Of a stretch of DNA of 64,000 nt, positions 1 through 13,030 are shown one piece after another; position 1 is the stretch's first letter, and each line of letters begins with the position of its first letter. A program made the position numbers and the translations under genes. The notes below the pieces were generated by a model. It was not told where the DNA came from, did no database searches, and was given only the letters and a program-made list of their open reading frames with translations. Source of the stretch: Paraspadella gotoi (lineage: Eukaryota; Animalia; Chaetognatha); NCBI GenBank assembly GCA_051294375.1, contig CM119263.1:14462414-14526413 (forward strand), given 5' to 3'.

Positions 1-694
1 CATAATGAGCGAAATTGAAATGAGGTCGTTTGTCTTTCACCCAAATTCGCGAACTTTGCAAACCTTCGTCTCTCTCGTCTTGAGCGGCTCCCCGTTTCGA
101 CTAAAGGGAGAGTTCCCGTTTCTTCGGATCTTTAGATACAAAGACATCGACCATGGGCGCAACTGTTAGGAACTGACGAGTTCTACTCATTACATCAGTG
201 CCCGGTTTTTCAAGTAGGGCCTCTTTTACAAGGCCTATAGCATTTTCCCGATTTCACTGCTTGTCCCCCCGTCTGATTTTCCTCACGCCATATATTTTGG
301 GTATACGTTAAATAACGTTCGTTGCTTTATCACGGTTCCAATTGGTTTCATGGTACACTTCCCGCTACCCAACACAACCCATTTCGTCACAAAAATCCAT
401 CCCTGTCGAGCCCCAAACGCTGACTCCCCCTTTTTGCAAATTACCTAAGAAGCTTCTTTCCAAATTGCCGCCGCTTAATTAGAAAGATTTTTCTTATTTT
501 ATTCCCATTCTCACAATTTTCTCTCGTTTTCTTTAAAAAAAAGATTCAGTCAGAAATTTAGTTCTTATTAGAGCCCATTTAAAAAATAATGGATTTTATG
601 AAATTACATTGTTAAGTAATACTTACATACGGAAATACGTTGCAAAATAATCGAAACCTCCAATCGACAATCATAAATCACATCAGGTGCTTAC

Positions 695-865
695 TTGGTC
701 TCAGAATCTTGATCCAAGTTTCGGACTTGATGCCGCGCTTGCGTCAACAGCGCGTCGATGTTATTCTCCTTCGCCTCCATGTCCGCCAACTCCTGCTGCA
801 TGTCCATCGCCACGCCCACTCCAAGAACGGAATCTCCGTCCGTTTGGAGGAGGGATTGGTGGCCC
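695..865 (-). CDS. E2F3: Activator-class E2F (E2F1/2/3 family), exon encoding the DP-dimerisation coiled coil; gene continues beyond the left edge
   Basis: Acceptor ...ctctccag| at 867-866 behind a CT-rich tract; donor |gtaagc at 694. 171 bp, phase 2/2. Translates (K)GHQSLLQTDGDSVLGVGVAMDMQQELADMEAKENNIDALLTQARHQVRNLDQDSET, matching the E2F heptad 'EL.DLE.KE..LD.L' pattern. Completes NIQW-K-G in frame with the 10469-10593 exon. Not in the ORF track. Confidence 0.9.
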
Positions 866-2220
866 CTGGAGAGGAGAGAGGGAAGGAGAGAGAGAGAGAG
901 CGAAGGAAGAGAGAGAGGGAGAGAAAGAGAGAGAGGGAGAGAAAGAGAGAGAGAGAGGGAAAGAATGCGGAGAAACTGGTTGATTAAAGAAGAAATCGGG
1001 TCAGGAGAATGACTCAGTCCTATTTTTTCAGAGACATTTTAAGATATGTTAATTGGTTTTTTTTTATCTTTCTCTGCCGCGAGCGAAAATAATTGATCTA
1101 TAGGTGTGGCAATACTGAATGTTTTATCAGATAATAAATCGGTAGTAAAAAGGCAAGCTGAAGCTTTCGGGCGGTAAAAGGTCTACTTGCCACACTACCA
1201 TGAAAAAGGGAATGAAAGAAGATGAGTTTCAGCCAACCGGAAACGGGGGGGGGTTAGAGAAATTCGATGAAAAACAAATCTTTGAATCCAGTCTATTCTA
1301 TAAAAGATCTTCTGTTATACCACGAAGTATTTTCAAGATTCATTCTTTTTCTAAACTATCTATCTAACCGCATCAAACCTCACGCTATCTATATATAACT
1401 TCAAACCTATCCGAAAACCCCATTCCAACTTCGAACAATCCTCCAACGCCATCTCCCAAGGATATTTTTTTTTTTTTTGGAAATTGCTGTCGTCTTCTGA
1501 CAGACGAACACAAAACCCCATTGAATTTTCCTCGGAAAAACGCATCATTCATTGCATTAATAACAAGATGAAGCACAGAAGAAAAAAAAATAAAGTTAAT
1601 GAAAAAAATTTTTCCTCGGGGTCCCGGGGGGTTTATTTGTGGAGCGATGGGGGCAATTGACGGGACGTAAAGGGGGGAATGGTAGCCCGGGGAAGAGGGG
1701 GGGACAAGGGTTCTGTGGAAGCATCTCGGGGAAAAAAATCCGACGGGGTTTAGAAAGTCTTTCCTTCCCAGAACTCGGAGTAAAGAAACGAAATTTCCTC
1801 AAAGCTTTTTGTTTTGTTTTCAGACAAATTTTTATTTAAAAAAAAATTGAGCGATTCATATTTCATTTCGAAGCTCCTAATTTTCGTTTAAGTCAATTTT
1901 AGATTTAAAAGTCAGAAGAATTCAAGATTTTTAGATTTTGAGATTTTTAGCATTTTTTATTTGATATATATGTAGCTTTTCGTAGAACATTAGTCAAAGC
2001 TTAAGTTTTATTTTTTGAAACTGGGTCGAAATTTTTTACTCCTTACTCAAACCCTGAGATCTCGAATTTATTTAACTTTCGATTTGGCTTCGAAGAAAGA
2101 ATTCCGTGCCTTTTTTTTTTTTGCCGGCACCGTTGCCTCCATCGCCAACCTACCTTTTTCTATCAAATCTACCTTACCTTCTTAGCCCCGACTAAGCCTA
2201 AGCTCAACCGCGCTCTCTGT

Positions 2221-2224
<4 letters not shown>

Positions 2225-2306
<82 letters not shown>
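2225..2306 (+). repeat. (CT)n microsatellite
   Basis: Pure dinucleotide tract. Confidence 0.95.
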
Positions 2307-2311
<5 letters not shown>

Positions 2312-2878
2312 TCACTTCTCTCGTGTGAAGAGATGGAATTTTACCGTAGCTAGGGTTAATGTCAAAAATTTGGTCTTTTTTTTCTTTCTGAGTTTTATTT
2401 TTGAAGTTTAGGATGTGCTACTTATCTACTTAATACCCCTTAGTCCCAACTATTTGTTGCGATTCAAAAAGTCTCGACGACATTGTACAGCGAGATAATT
2501 CCCGGCTTTCTCCGCACGACACGTCTTAAGGGGGCCAAGCGGTCATCGCTAAGAAAAAAAAAGACCCAAGCAACCAAGCTACAAAAGAAAAAACGCTGAA
2601 TGGCTGAAATCCCAAACGGAAATGATTAAACTTCTCAATTGGACGCCACTTCTTAGTGATACGATCACGCTTTAATTTAAATTCGAAATAAGGTGTCAAG
2701 ATAAGATTATAAATCTTAATATCGGTATTGCTTATCTTCAATTATGGTTTTCTTATCGTGTCCAGACAAACTAATCTCCATTTCAGTGTTTGAGATGAAA
2801 TCATAAAATCATGATCTCAATTTCTTTTCCTCCTCGCTTCCATACAAACATGACAGGTCAGCCTCGAAAACTCAGTAA

Positions 2879-3009
<131 letters not shown>

Positions 3010-3660
3010 CAGGCATAAAGCGAATGAAAGAGAAAAAGAAAAACGAAGTTAAAAAAAAGGAAATAAAAATAAGTTAACGAATCCGAGGGTAGAAAATAGG
3101 CAGAAAAAAATAAAGAACATCCCCCCAAAGGTTCAGTCTTGAAAGTTTATATTCGTCATGAACTTTTAAACGAAAAAAAAAATATATCTATTCAAATTTA
3201 TATCGATTTCTGTTTTTTAGTTTCGTACGATGGATTGTTTTAATACATAACGTTTTTACAACAAAAAAAATCATCTCCTATTACGCTTCAGAAAATTCTT
3301 TCCTCCTTTATGCATCCAAGTTTCCTTTTATTGCCCCAGGGACAAGAAAAAAATGACTTAATCCAGCCAACTAAAAAAAATCTATTTTTCACTTTCTCCT
3401 TCCCTTTCGAAGGCGTAAAATTACGCGCAAAGTGGGAGGAGTTTGAAAAAATTAAAATGAAAGAAAAAAGAAGGAAAGAGAGAAAGTGTAAATAAACAAA
3501 CACAAACAGAAAAAGTGCAGAGAGTGAGAGAGAAAGGAGCGACCGGGCTGAAAAAAAAAAGGAGCTGCAGCGTGGAGCAACTGGAAGGAGCGAATCCGGA
3601 GAGAATAATAAGCAAATTTACTCACTCGAAAGCTACAGAAATTAAAAGGATAGATGAGAA

Positions 3661-3664
<4 letters not shown>

Positions 3665-3738
<74 letters not shown>

Positions 3739-3774
3739 GGAGAGGAGAGAAGAGAGAGAGAGAGAAAGAGAGAG
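3665..3774 (+). repeat. Interrupted (GA)n microsatellite
   Basis: Directly visible. Confidence 0.9.
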
Positions 3775-5785
3775 CGTTAAAGCAAAGATATTTTCGTCAG
3801 AAGCACCTCCGCTCCTGGGCGTGCTCTTCCAACGCCCGCGAAGGAGACAGGGAAGACAAAAAAGCGCAGAGGGAAAAGCATTCATCCATGAAAACGTCTT
3901 CATTATCTCCGTTTGGTCTCGACATTGAAGGCAATTAATATGGCACGGATTCATTCGGTACATTGAAACGCTTCTAGGCGACGTCGGCGTCGTTGGCGTT
4001 GTCTTCATCAAAATCAACGTATTAACTTTTCTCCCTGCTCAGTTAATATTAATTACGAAAATGTAAAGATACCGATCATAATAATATTCTGGAGAAAATG
4101 GAGAAAATGTTATGTTTGAAAATTAAAGGTTGAGACAACGCCCTACGGGAGTGGGGAATGGATATTTCAAATTAAAAAAAAAGTTCAACCGAGCCTAGGA
4201 ATCGAACACCCGAAACATCGCCACCGAAAAAAATCCCCAGCTAAACTTTTACGGCAAATTCCAAAAACGCGAGCGGCCACACCCTCGCTAAGTGCCGAAA
4301 GTTTTACTTCTAACTTACCAATTACCCTCAACCCTAACTCTACCTTCAGACGTATTTTCCCAACTAAATTCCCTTTCCTCGAGTCGTACCTCGTCCCCTT
4401 ATCCCTTACCCAAGAAAAAATCCCCCTCCGACGACTAACGAGCCTCTTTTTTTGTAAACACAAAGCGCGAAGGTTTTTGCCTGGAAGGCCTTTTTGTTTC
4501 ACTTGTCATCAGGTAAACGTTCGACAGAAGGGGTCGTGCCGGTTCGGCTCGATCAGTTCGGTTGACGAGTAGTGACAGGAAGGTCTCGAGTTCGAGGAAG
4601 TCAAGAATTGTTGTTAAAAAATATTTTATTGAGAATCAAAGTCAAACTCAAAGTCGTTGTTATCTCCTCGTACCCACACGTAAAATATTTAAAAAGCATT
4701 TAAATATTTGCGTTTTATAGTAATTCAATTAAACAAAAAAAAAAACGGCGCGAAAATGCGAGAGGGAAAAAGGCTGTCCGATCTTGTGCCAACTTTTCCC
4801 TTCGACTTTAAAGGTTATTTTTATTCGCGAAAATGTCGTTTTGATAAGAGAAGAGGTATACAATGGTTTAAGAGCGCCTTTTCGAGCGGGAGGGATTGCG
4901 GCAAGGGGCGTGAGGGATGAGGGCAAAGGGAGGGAGAGTCAGCATATTTTTCTTTCTCTCCTGAATCTCGATCTCGGTTAAATTAATGTGACTAATTATG
5001 ACAATTTAGTTGTAGTATTTTATCCACTCTAAATATCGAGAGTTATCGGCCGAGAGCCACGGAGTGCGTTCTCGATCGACCAGAGAAACCAGCAAGAGAA
5101 ACGATTGTCTCCCGCGCGTCTGTTTCAAGTTTTCCCCGAATTGCCACAATATTGCACAATGAAGCAAGATTTTTATGTTCGGTAGAGCCGATCTTGCATT
5201 TTAGGGCGCATTGAGTTACAATTAAAGGATATAGTTAACCTGTTAAAAAAAAACTTAACCTAAAAGAAACTTCATATATTTTTGGACCGTATGTTTTCTG
5301 CCAAACCGATACATTTATAATGTGTGTTTTTCCGGTAACCAAAACAACCAAATTAAACAGGGACTACAAAAAGAAGCAAGAAACAAAGGCAGAACCATTA
5401 GCGAAAGTTTGTTTGAGACAACGAAGACAAAAGTGTTCACGAGTTTTAATGACGAATCGTAGCGTTTTAGTTAATAGATCCTATTCAATTCGTATCAAGA
5501 CAATTGCTTTTTGGAGTCTCTCAGCAAGAAAGGTCTGCATGATTAGCAAAATAATTTTTTTCAACCTCAACCGCTAAAAAGGATCAAAAAGAACATATTA
5601 CAGAATTATATATGGATTTTTTGTTAAAAAAAAATTCAAGATTAAAAAACGAAACAAAAAAACAAGTTAACGACAAAACAATGTCACAAAGAGTATTAAA
5701 AAAGGATAAGAAAGGAAGAAGAAAAGAGACACGAAAATCCCTCTTCTCTTTCTTTTTCTTAGGGAAAAAAAGAATCAAGATATAG

Positions 5786-5845
<60 letters not shown>

Positions 5846-5876
5846 TGCTGGGATGCCTTTTATCCTCCCATTCCCC

Positions 5877-6063
5877 TTTTTAGATGCGCCGCGAGTACTC
5901 GCGGAGAAACTCTATAAGTCACTTTTTGGTCGGTCGGTCCGTCGGTATGTCTGTCCATCGGTCTATCCTACTTACGTTAAAAACGCTTATAACTTACCAA
6001 TAGTTTGTTGCTCATTTGTTAAAAATCAAATCTAAGCGACTACTGGCCCCGCCTTTTGTTTTT
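5877..6063 (+). mobile_element. Short non-autonomous Helentron-associated (HINE/DINE-1-like) element
   Basis: T-run start TTTTTAGATGCG, perfect 16-bp palindrome CCGCGAGTACTCGCGG (5889-5904), ctctataag, degenerate (GTCG/GTCC/GTCT)n tract, and a short GC-rich end running into ttgttttt. Architecture match only. Confidence 0.5.
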
Positions 6064-6182
6064 AAAGAAATAAGTCAATAAATAAATAAATATAAAGAAA
6101 AGTAATGCGGCGCAACACCTTGGAATAACCGTTCCTTGTTGCTCAATGCTCATACAACGATAAGCCACACTAAATTTTTTTC

Positions 6183-6239
<57 letters not shown>

Positions 6240-6983
6240 CAGATATAAATTCGGGTGAACGACGAGATATTTTCCATAAATAAAAGGGGCGTTAGGGAAC
6301 TAGTGGGGATTATAATTCTTTTGTGAAAAAGAAGATTTATGAGAGAGGGAGACATCACTCGCAAAGTGAGAGAGGGAGAGAACGCGTCGGTGAGAAGAGA
6401 AAAAAAAAAACCCCGGGAAAGGATGGAATTTAAGGGGAGAGATATTTCGCACCCTGAATCTTTCATCGCTTTTAACCTCAGCGAAATTTTCACCGAGCTA
6501 CTTTCTCATCAGCAGCACCAAGTCCATTTCGTCCATTATGTGCATCGACTTCATCATCCTTTCGTTGTCGTCGTAGTCGTAAAGGTCTTCAGTGTCGTCT
6601 TCGTCATCGTCATCGTCGTCGTCCTCGACCCGAAAAATTCCTTTCGCTTCAATCTCAACTTTTTTTTCTGAGGGAAAAAAAGAAGAGAGAATTTTTGCGG
6701 TTTTTTATTTTCATCCCTTTGACCTAAAAAAAGTCTTCGTGTCTTCGTTCAAAAAATTAAAACTGGCGGCGCCACTGTCGCTGCCGCAGCCGCCGCCGCC
6801 CGGTCACCGCCCACTCTCGTCGCCACCTCTTACACATACAGGGCATCCTCTCCTATGACACCGACTCGATTCTTAGCAGCCGATACCCACCACCCCCCCT
6901 CTTTAGACTGACCCACCTCTGCCGCCACCGAAGGCTGCACAGTTGGATAAAAAAAACTCAGGGCGACCGGAAAAAAAATTTAG

Positions 6984-6986
<3 letters not shown>

Positions 6987-7058
<72 letters not shown>
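6987..7058 (+). repeat. (GA)n microsatellite
   Basis: Pure tract. Confidence 0.95.
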
Positions 7059-7061
<3 letters not shown>

Positions 7062-7199
7062 GAGGAAAAAACCGATGGATGTCATTTGTGACTAACTCGT
7101 GATAAACCGCGAGATAAAACGGTGAACCGACAACCTCGAAGCCCAATCCTCGGAATAGAAACGAGGTCGAAACGGTAAGGAAGGGATAACGGGGGGAAA

Positions 7200-7250
7200 G
7201 CAGGGCGGATTGGGAAAAAAGCAGGGCGGATGGGAAAAAGGCAGGGCGAA
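7200..7250 (+). repeat. ~21-bp tandem repeat x3
   Basis: gcagggcg(g)a at 7200, 7221 and 7241. Confidence 0.7.
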
Positions 7251-7830
7251 AGGTATAAGCTGGATGAATAGAGTCAAAAAGCAGGAAAAACTTAAGAAAA
7301 GCATATTAAAAAGGAAGGAAAAAGCGAAATGGGAGTAAAACGAAAATATTCATTAGATTGTCCAATGTCTAAAGTCAGGAGACAAGATAGCTTGTTAAGT
7401 GTTTTATTGGTATATATAATTCTATAAAATAAGAAAAGCAGGTGGAAGGTAACTAAATTTAACAGGGTAAATAACACATGAATATTAAACAAAGGCAAGA
7501 TAAACAGAACAAATGGATAATAAAAAATAAAAACTATAAACATAAAATGGTAGCATAACCTCGTGGCCGTCGTTATTGGATCTTATTGTTACATTTGATT
7601 TGACTAAAGTGTCCTTTCTTTTCAGTGATTAATTACATTTTTATAGAATTGAACTAAAATTAGATTTTTTTTCCTTCCTCTTTGTTAATTTTTTTTTCTT
7701 TTTGCTCTCTCCCTCGTTCAATGCTCTCGTCTATCTCCTGGCCTCCTGGTATCTAGTAGGGGGAAGCTTCGGGGAGGAAGAGGCGGCATAACAATATGAG
7801 GGCAGAATAAATGATGAGAACGGAAGCAAG

Positions 7831-7957
<127 letters not shown>

Positions 7958-8844
7958 CAGAAAGAGGAATGTTAGAAGCCCGGAGCCGGAAATGGTATGA
8001 GAATGAAGACGTTCGATTAATTTGAGTACAGAGAGAAAAAACTAAACAAAGGAGCATTACCATTCCGAACAAGGATTGAAACGAGCTGTTAATTGACTTC
8101 ACTAACAAATCCAAACTTTTCACCATAATTGTCGTCGTTATCATCAACTCGCCCTCATCAGAGCTTCACTCGATTCTCACGTTCGCCGCCGTGAAGTTTT
8201 CACCGGGGCTCGACCGGAGCGGCGATGACGACAAAGAAGATTTTTTTAACTCAAAAATCTGGTTCGAATTGTTTACTACGCAAGGAAAACGCGAGATGCC
8301 AGCAAAGCAAAAACTTGGTAGACGGGCACAACAAAAAAAACCGGTAAATGATGTGAAAAGAGAGAAAGAGTAGCAAGGAAAAAAAACAAGAAAAGGCGTA
8401 AAAGTTTTTTTTTTTTTTTCAGACGGGACGAAGTGAAAAAAAAAGGAGGTCAAAGTCTTATAAAAAGGGAAAAAGGTGAGTGAATTCCTTGATTTGTTGG
8501 TCTCAAAGAAAAAAGGGAGAAAAATGAGGGAAAACTGAGGCGTTGGATAAATTCGACTTTTCTTCCAGAGGACCCGAGGCGAAAAACTGCCTGAGAAAAA
8601 GTGGTTAACCATAATTGAAAAATGTGTAAGAGCCTTGAAATAGAATTTTATTTAAAGAAAATTACAGAATTATTCTCTGAGAAGTTCATTTTACCACCCG
8701 GGCAGTGATAGAAATTCGGAGGGACAAACGGATCGATTAGTTTCGAGTTAGAAAGAACAAAAGGTTCGTCGCCTCAGTATTTTGACAACTCGGCTCAGCA
8801 CGAACAGTAACGAAACAGTTTTTAAACTTTCGCTCAGTTTTTTT

Positions 8845-8879
<35 letters not shown>

Positions 8880-10468
8880 GAAACGGTATCAGAATGAAAA
8901 TCAAAGCGAGGTTTTCTTTGATATAATTTGATAAGAAGACGAAACTAGCAACAGGGTTGTAAGAATGAATCAACTATCAACTATCAACTAAAGGCGAACA
9001 ATACTAAGAATATATAATACAATTTCCACAAACTATTACGAAGACGACGACGAACATGATACCGACGATCTCGATGAAGACGACGACGAAGACGATTTCT
9101 CTACGACGAAAATGACTTTTTTTTCCTCTTTTCAGGAAATCGGAAAAAAAAAGGATTTGGGGCCGAGAGATAAATAAAACTGAAAGAAGCGAAGAACCGG
9201 GATGAAAGCCAAAGAATTTCAGGGTAGTCCGGGGAGGGGGGTGGTTGGAGTGGAAAGAGGGCGAGGGGGGACGAAAGCCGGAGGGAAAAGGGGCCAGGGG
9301 GGGGGAGAAGGAATTCCGGGCGCTGGATCAAGGGGTCTCGAGCACTAATGGGCTCCAACTCATCAGGGGCATCAAAGGCTGATTCTATGAGCGATCAGAG
9401 AAATAGAAAATGAAGGCCCCACTTTATCTTTAGTAAGATAGAAACTAAATTCCAAGAGCAGCTCTTGATGAAGTGTTGAAGATAAGGCATAATAAATTTA
9501 CGTCAACTAATTAATGTGAGTCGGTTTTTATTCTTAATATTAGTGGTAAAATCGAATTTGTAAGATAAGAAAAACAAAGCAAAACAGAAAAGATTTAATA
9601 TAGAGTTGTGATGCATGTACCATTATTGTACCTTCATGTACATTGTACAATGATCGTACAAAGCTACCGAAAAAATGTATCTTTCTTTTTAAACGTTTCA
9701 TTTCGCCGAGTACGGCGTGATTTCATTTCCTCACTGCGTGCAAAGCAGCTTTACGTGACGACATCGCTACCCCCGTCGCCTCGCGGCTGGCAGCCACGCC
9801 CATCGGCGCCAGGACCTCATTTCCGGTGACGGTCGCGGCCCATAAAGTAAGGACGTTGCGTGGGCGGCGCTGCGACCAAGGCCAGGATTAAATAACCATT
9901 AACTTTGATAAACAAATTAAAAATTTAGAATATCAATCTTTTTCTTTTTCAGTCGAATTCGGAAAGGAAAAAATTCCCGCCTTTTAATTTCAGTGTCATT
10001 TCCTTTGTTTTTCTTTTTCATCGATTTCAAAACAAAAAAAACTTTTTATAAAAGGTTGAAGATTCTCCAGGAATTTTCTTTTTCTTTTTTTTTCCTATTT
10101 AATAGGAAAAGATAACAAATGGATTCTGTGTATGACTCGAATTTTTCACGTCTTCCTTTACACATTTATCTTTTTTTTTAAACCAAAATAAACCTAAAAT
10201 AGGAAAACTATTCCTTTGGAAAAAAGACCTTTATTGGTATGTTTTTCTTCTGGCGTCACTTCTAATTCTTACTAGCTCCACCGACTTCCTAACTAAATAT
10301 ATTAATGAATATTATTGTCAGCTAACGATGTCAATTTTATAAAATACAAAGCTTTTTTTTCTTCGACGGATATCTTATCATTCTCGAAAAAAAAAATTAT
10401 ATTTTCGAAAATCTTATTTTAATTATCTTTATTTTGTCGTCTTCATTATCCCGTTTCCATGAACTTAC

Positions 10469-10593
10469 TTCCATTGAATGTTGTTCTTAGACTTTTTTTG
10501 GATCAAATCGATTCCCTCCAAAACGTTGGTAATATCGTAGATTCTTCGCTTTTGAACGTCGAGAATCTCGGCCGCTTTGTTCAAATCGATGAT
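10469..10593 (-). CDS. E2F3: E2F DNA-binding domain, second exon
   Basis: tttcag| acceptor, |gtaagt donor; 125 bp, phase 0/2. Translates [41 protein letters not shown], containing the E2F signature [13 protein letters not shown]. Confidence 0.97.
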
Positions 10594-10897
10594 CTGAAAT
10601 GTAAACGTGACAATGTAAACGTCAACCATTAATGTAAACACGACACGTAAACAAATGACGGATACTGGCCGATTGGATCTGGGGGAGAATAATAGGGCTA
10701 ATCCGCCACGAGGGAATTCGGAGAAAATTAGTAATTAAATAAAAAAATCTACTAAAAGCAACAAATTCATAGTCATGCGCTCGAAAGAGAAACGTGTCTG
10801 AATCTTTCGGGCCGAGAATAAAATAAACTGCTTCGACTTTTGATTGACAAAAAACCGCAAACCAGTCAGAGTCGCTTCGAATCCGGATCACTACGTA

Positions 10898-10951
10898 AAT
10901 CTCTAAATCTAAATCTCTAAATCCAAATCTCTAAATCTAAATCTCTAAATC
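10898..10951 (+). repeat. 14-bp tandem repeat (aaatctctaaatc[t/c]) x4
   Basis: Directly visible. Confidence 0.8.
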
Positions 10952-11057
10952 AATTAATTTTGATTTCTCCTTTTGTTTTCCGTCGCTCAAAAAAAATAAA
11001 ACGAGCATTGTTAACATTGTCTGTTGTTCTCAAACTCCCATTTTCATTCGAGGGTTG

Positions 11058-11103
<46 letters not shown>

Positions 11104-11443
11104 AAGGGAGAAGGTTTTTCCGTTTTGGTCGTTAAACCCGAAGCACTTAAACCAAGAACGCTGGCTTCTCTTTCTGCTCACGGCCCCCTCAGAGAATAAC
11201 CCCTTCAGAGCATGCCTTTTACGGTCATTCTCGTTACCCTCTTTTTGACTCTAATTGGTTATTACTGACAAAAACCTCAAAGACTCCAGTAACGAGACAA
11301 AGACATAAGGAGCGCAGTTGCTAGGATATGAAGTTGTTACGTCGTCGTTTCCGATTAGATCATAATTTATTTGATATGAATGTATTTACGTTATTATCTT
11401 ATTAGATTTTTATTGAAATGGTGAGGGGCGAAAGAGAGAGAAT

Positions 11444-11600
<157 letters not shown>

Positions 11601-11821
11601 ACTCACCACGCCTCAAAAAAAAAGAAGTTAAAAGGCTTACTTTTTCCGGCAAAAGATCAGCGGAGAAATAACAACAAACAACGGGAGATATACGCCTTTC
11701 CTTTCTCTCGGCTCCCTCTGTTCCCTTTTCAGGCCTAAATACGGAAGGAGAACGAAATCGCTCTCCTCCGTCAAGGGCGAATAGAAGGTCAAAGGTTTCG
11801 CAAAGGGAATTGACGGAAAAA

Positions 11822-11850
11822 GGCGGGAAAAACTCTCCCGCGCGCCAAAA
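11822..11850. promoter_or_regulatory. Cluster of E2F consensus sites in the intron splitting the DNA-binding domain
   Basis: GGCGGGAAAA-AC-TCTCCCGC-GCGCCAAAA: two TTTSSCGC matches on the minus strand (TTTCCCGC, TTTGGCGC) plus a one-mismatch site on the plus strand. Confidence 0.45.
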
Positions 11851-12128
11851 ACGATCGGTTTACGTCGCTAAGTAACGTTGATGTAAATCAAAAGTAATAT
11901 ATTTCAAATATTTCTAGTAATAGTAAAGCGACGCAAAGGATCCCACCGATGAGCGACGATAGTGCAACGACCACAACATTTCGCAAAAAGGCATTCAAAA
12001 GCGGAACGCGGGAGCGAGCGAGCGGGGATGACGACAAAACAAACCGATGACTTCAAAACAAGAGGTTGGCGACGAAACAACGGAGACTGAAAAACGAGAA
12101 CAAAGCTGGAGACGGAGAGAGAGGGGAG

Positions 12129-12250
<122 letters not shown>

Positions 12251-12477
12251 GATAAAAACAAAAAGTCAAAACGATAACGGGCAACAACAAACTCCAAGGA
12301 AGGCAACGAGATAATAGGCTCCGCTGAATTCACGAACATTCCTTCCATTTTTAAAACTCGAAAGTGAGAACGATTTTGTTCGGGCGTTGACCGCAAAAAA
12401 AAACAACAAAAAACAAAAGAAACAAAAAAACAAAACAAACCGAACGATTGACTGAATGAGCGAGCGATTGAACCCAC

Positions 12478-12569
12478 CCCGTGAGGTGATTCCCGCAGGA
12501 GGCCGATGAATTTTTTGGTGAGGAGCCCCAACGAGGTATCGTAGCGTGACTTCTCCAAAGGTGACTTAG
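12478..12569 (-). CDS. E2F3: E2F DNA-binding domain, first exon
   Basis: gttcag| acceptor, |gtgggt donor; 92 bp, phase 1/0. Translates (T)[30 protein letters not shown], nearly identical to vertebrate E2F3 [24 protein letters not shown]. Confidence 0.96.
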
Positions 12570-12774
12570 CTGAACGGGGGGGGGGGAATGGAGGTTGTGT
12601 GTTTGCATTATTATATTTAATAGGTACCCGTATTGTGCTACTTACCGCGCAACGTCAATAAATATATATATAGGAGCGAAAAAGCGATTGAGGCGACCTC
12701 AATGGGTCAACGACACCAAGATTAACAACAACAACAACCACACACCCCCCTTTCCTTTCAAAGCATCGGCTCAC

Positions 12775-13030
12775 TATTTGGCGTTTTGGGCGATCCAGAG
12801 TCCGTCCTCATTCGCTTTCGCCCCTTGGGGGTCTTGAAGCCCTCGAGGGGGCCGTCTGCGGAGGGGGTGCTGCCTCGAGACTGGGAGGAGGGGGCGTGGG
12901 AGGAGGAGGAGGAGGGGAAGGCGAGGAGCGGGCCGGGGGAGGAGGAGGAGGGGTAAGCGAGAAGAGGGGCGGGGGAGGAACTCCGCGATGCGAGGGGCGA
13001 TTCGGCGTCCAAATCCAAACGTCGCTTGAC
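12775..13030 (-). CDS. E2F3: E2F exon with cyclin A-binding RxL motif, Ser/Pro-rich linker and basic NLS-like segment
   Basis: cccttcag| acceptor, |gtgagc donor; 256 bp, phase 0/1. Translates VKRRLDLDAESP...EGFKTPKGRKRMRTDSGSPKTPN. VKRRLDL and TPKG..SPKTP are activator-E2F motifs; phase matches the next exon. Confidence 0.92.

Noticed and set aside
1-694. E2F marked-box exon
   Set aside because: No YVTYxD/KAP motif with splice sites found; presumably outside the window.
6498-6660. Acidic Asp-rich reading frame on the minus strand as an E2F exon
   Set aside because: Wrong phase for the upstream donor and ends in a stop; degenerate (GAC/GAT)n microsatellite like those at 9040-9100 and 56270-56430.
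9231-9305. G-quadruplex-forming run
   Set aside because: G-runs are frequent in this low-complexity DNA; nothing singles this one out.
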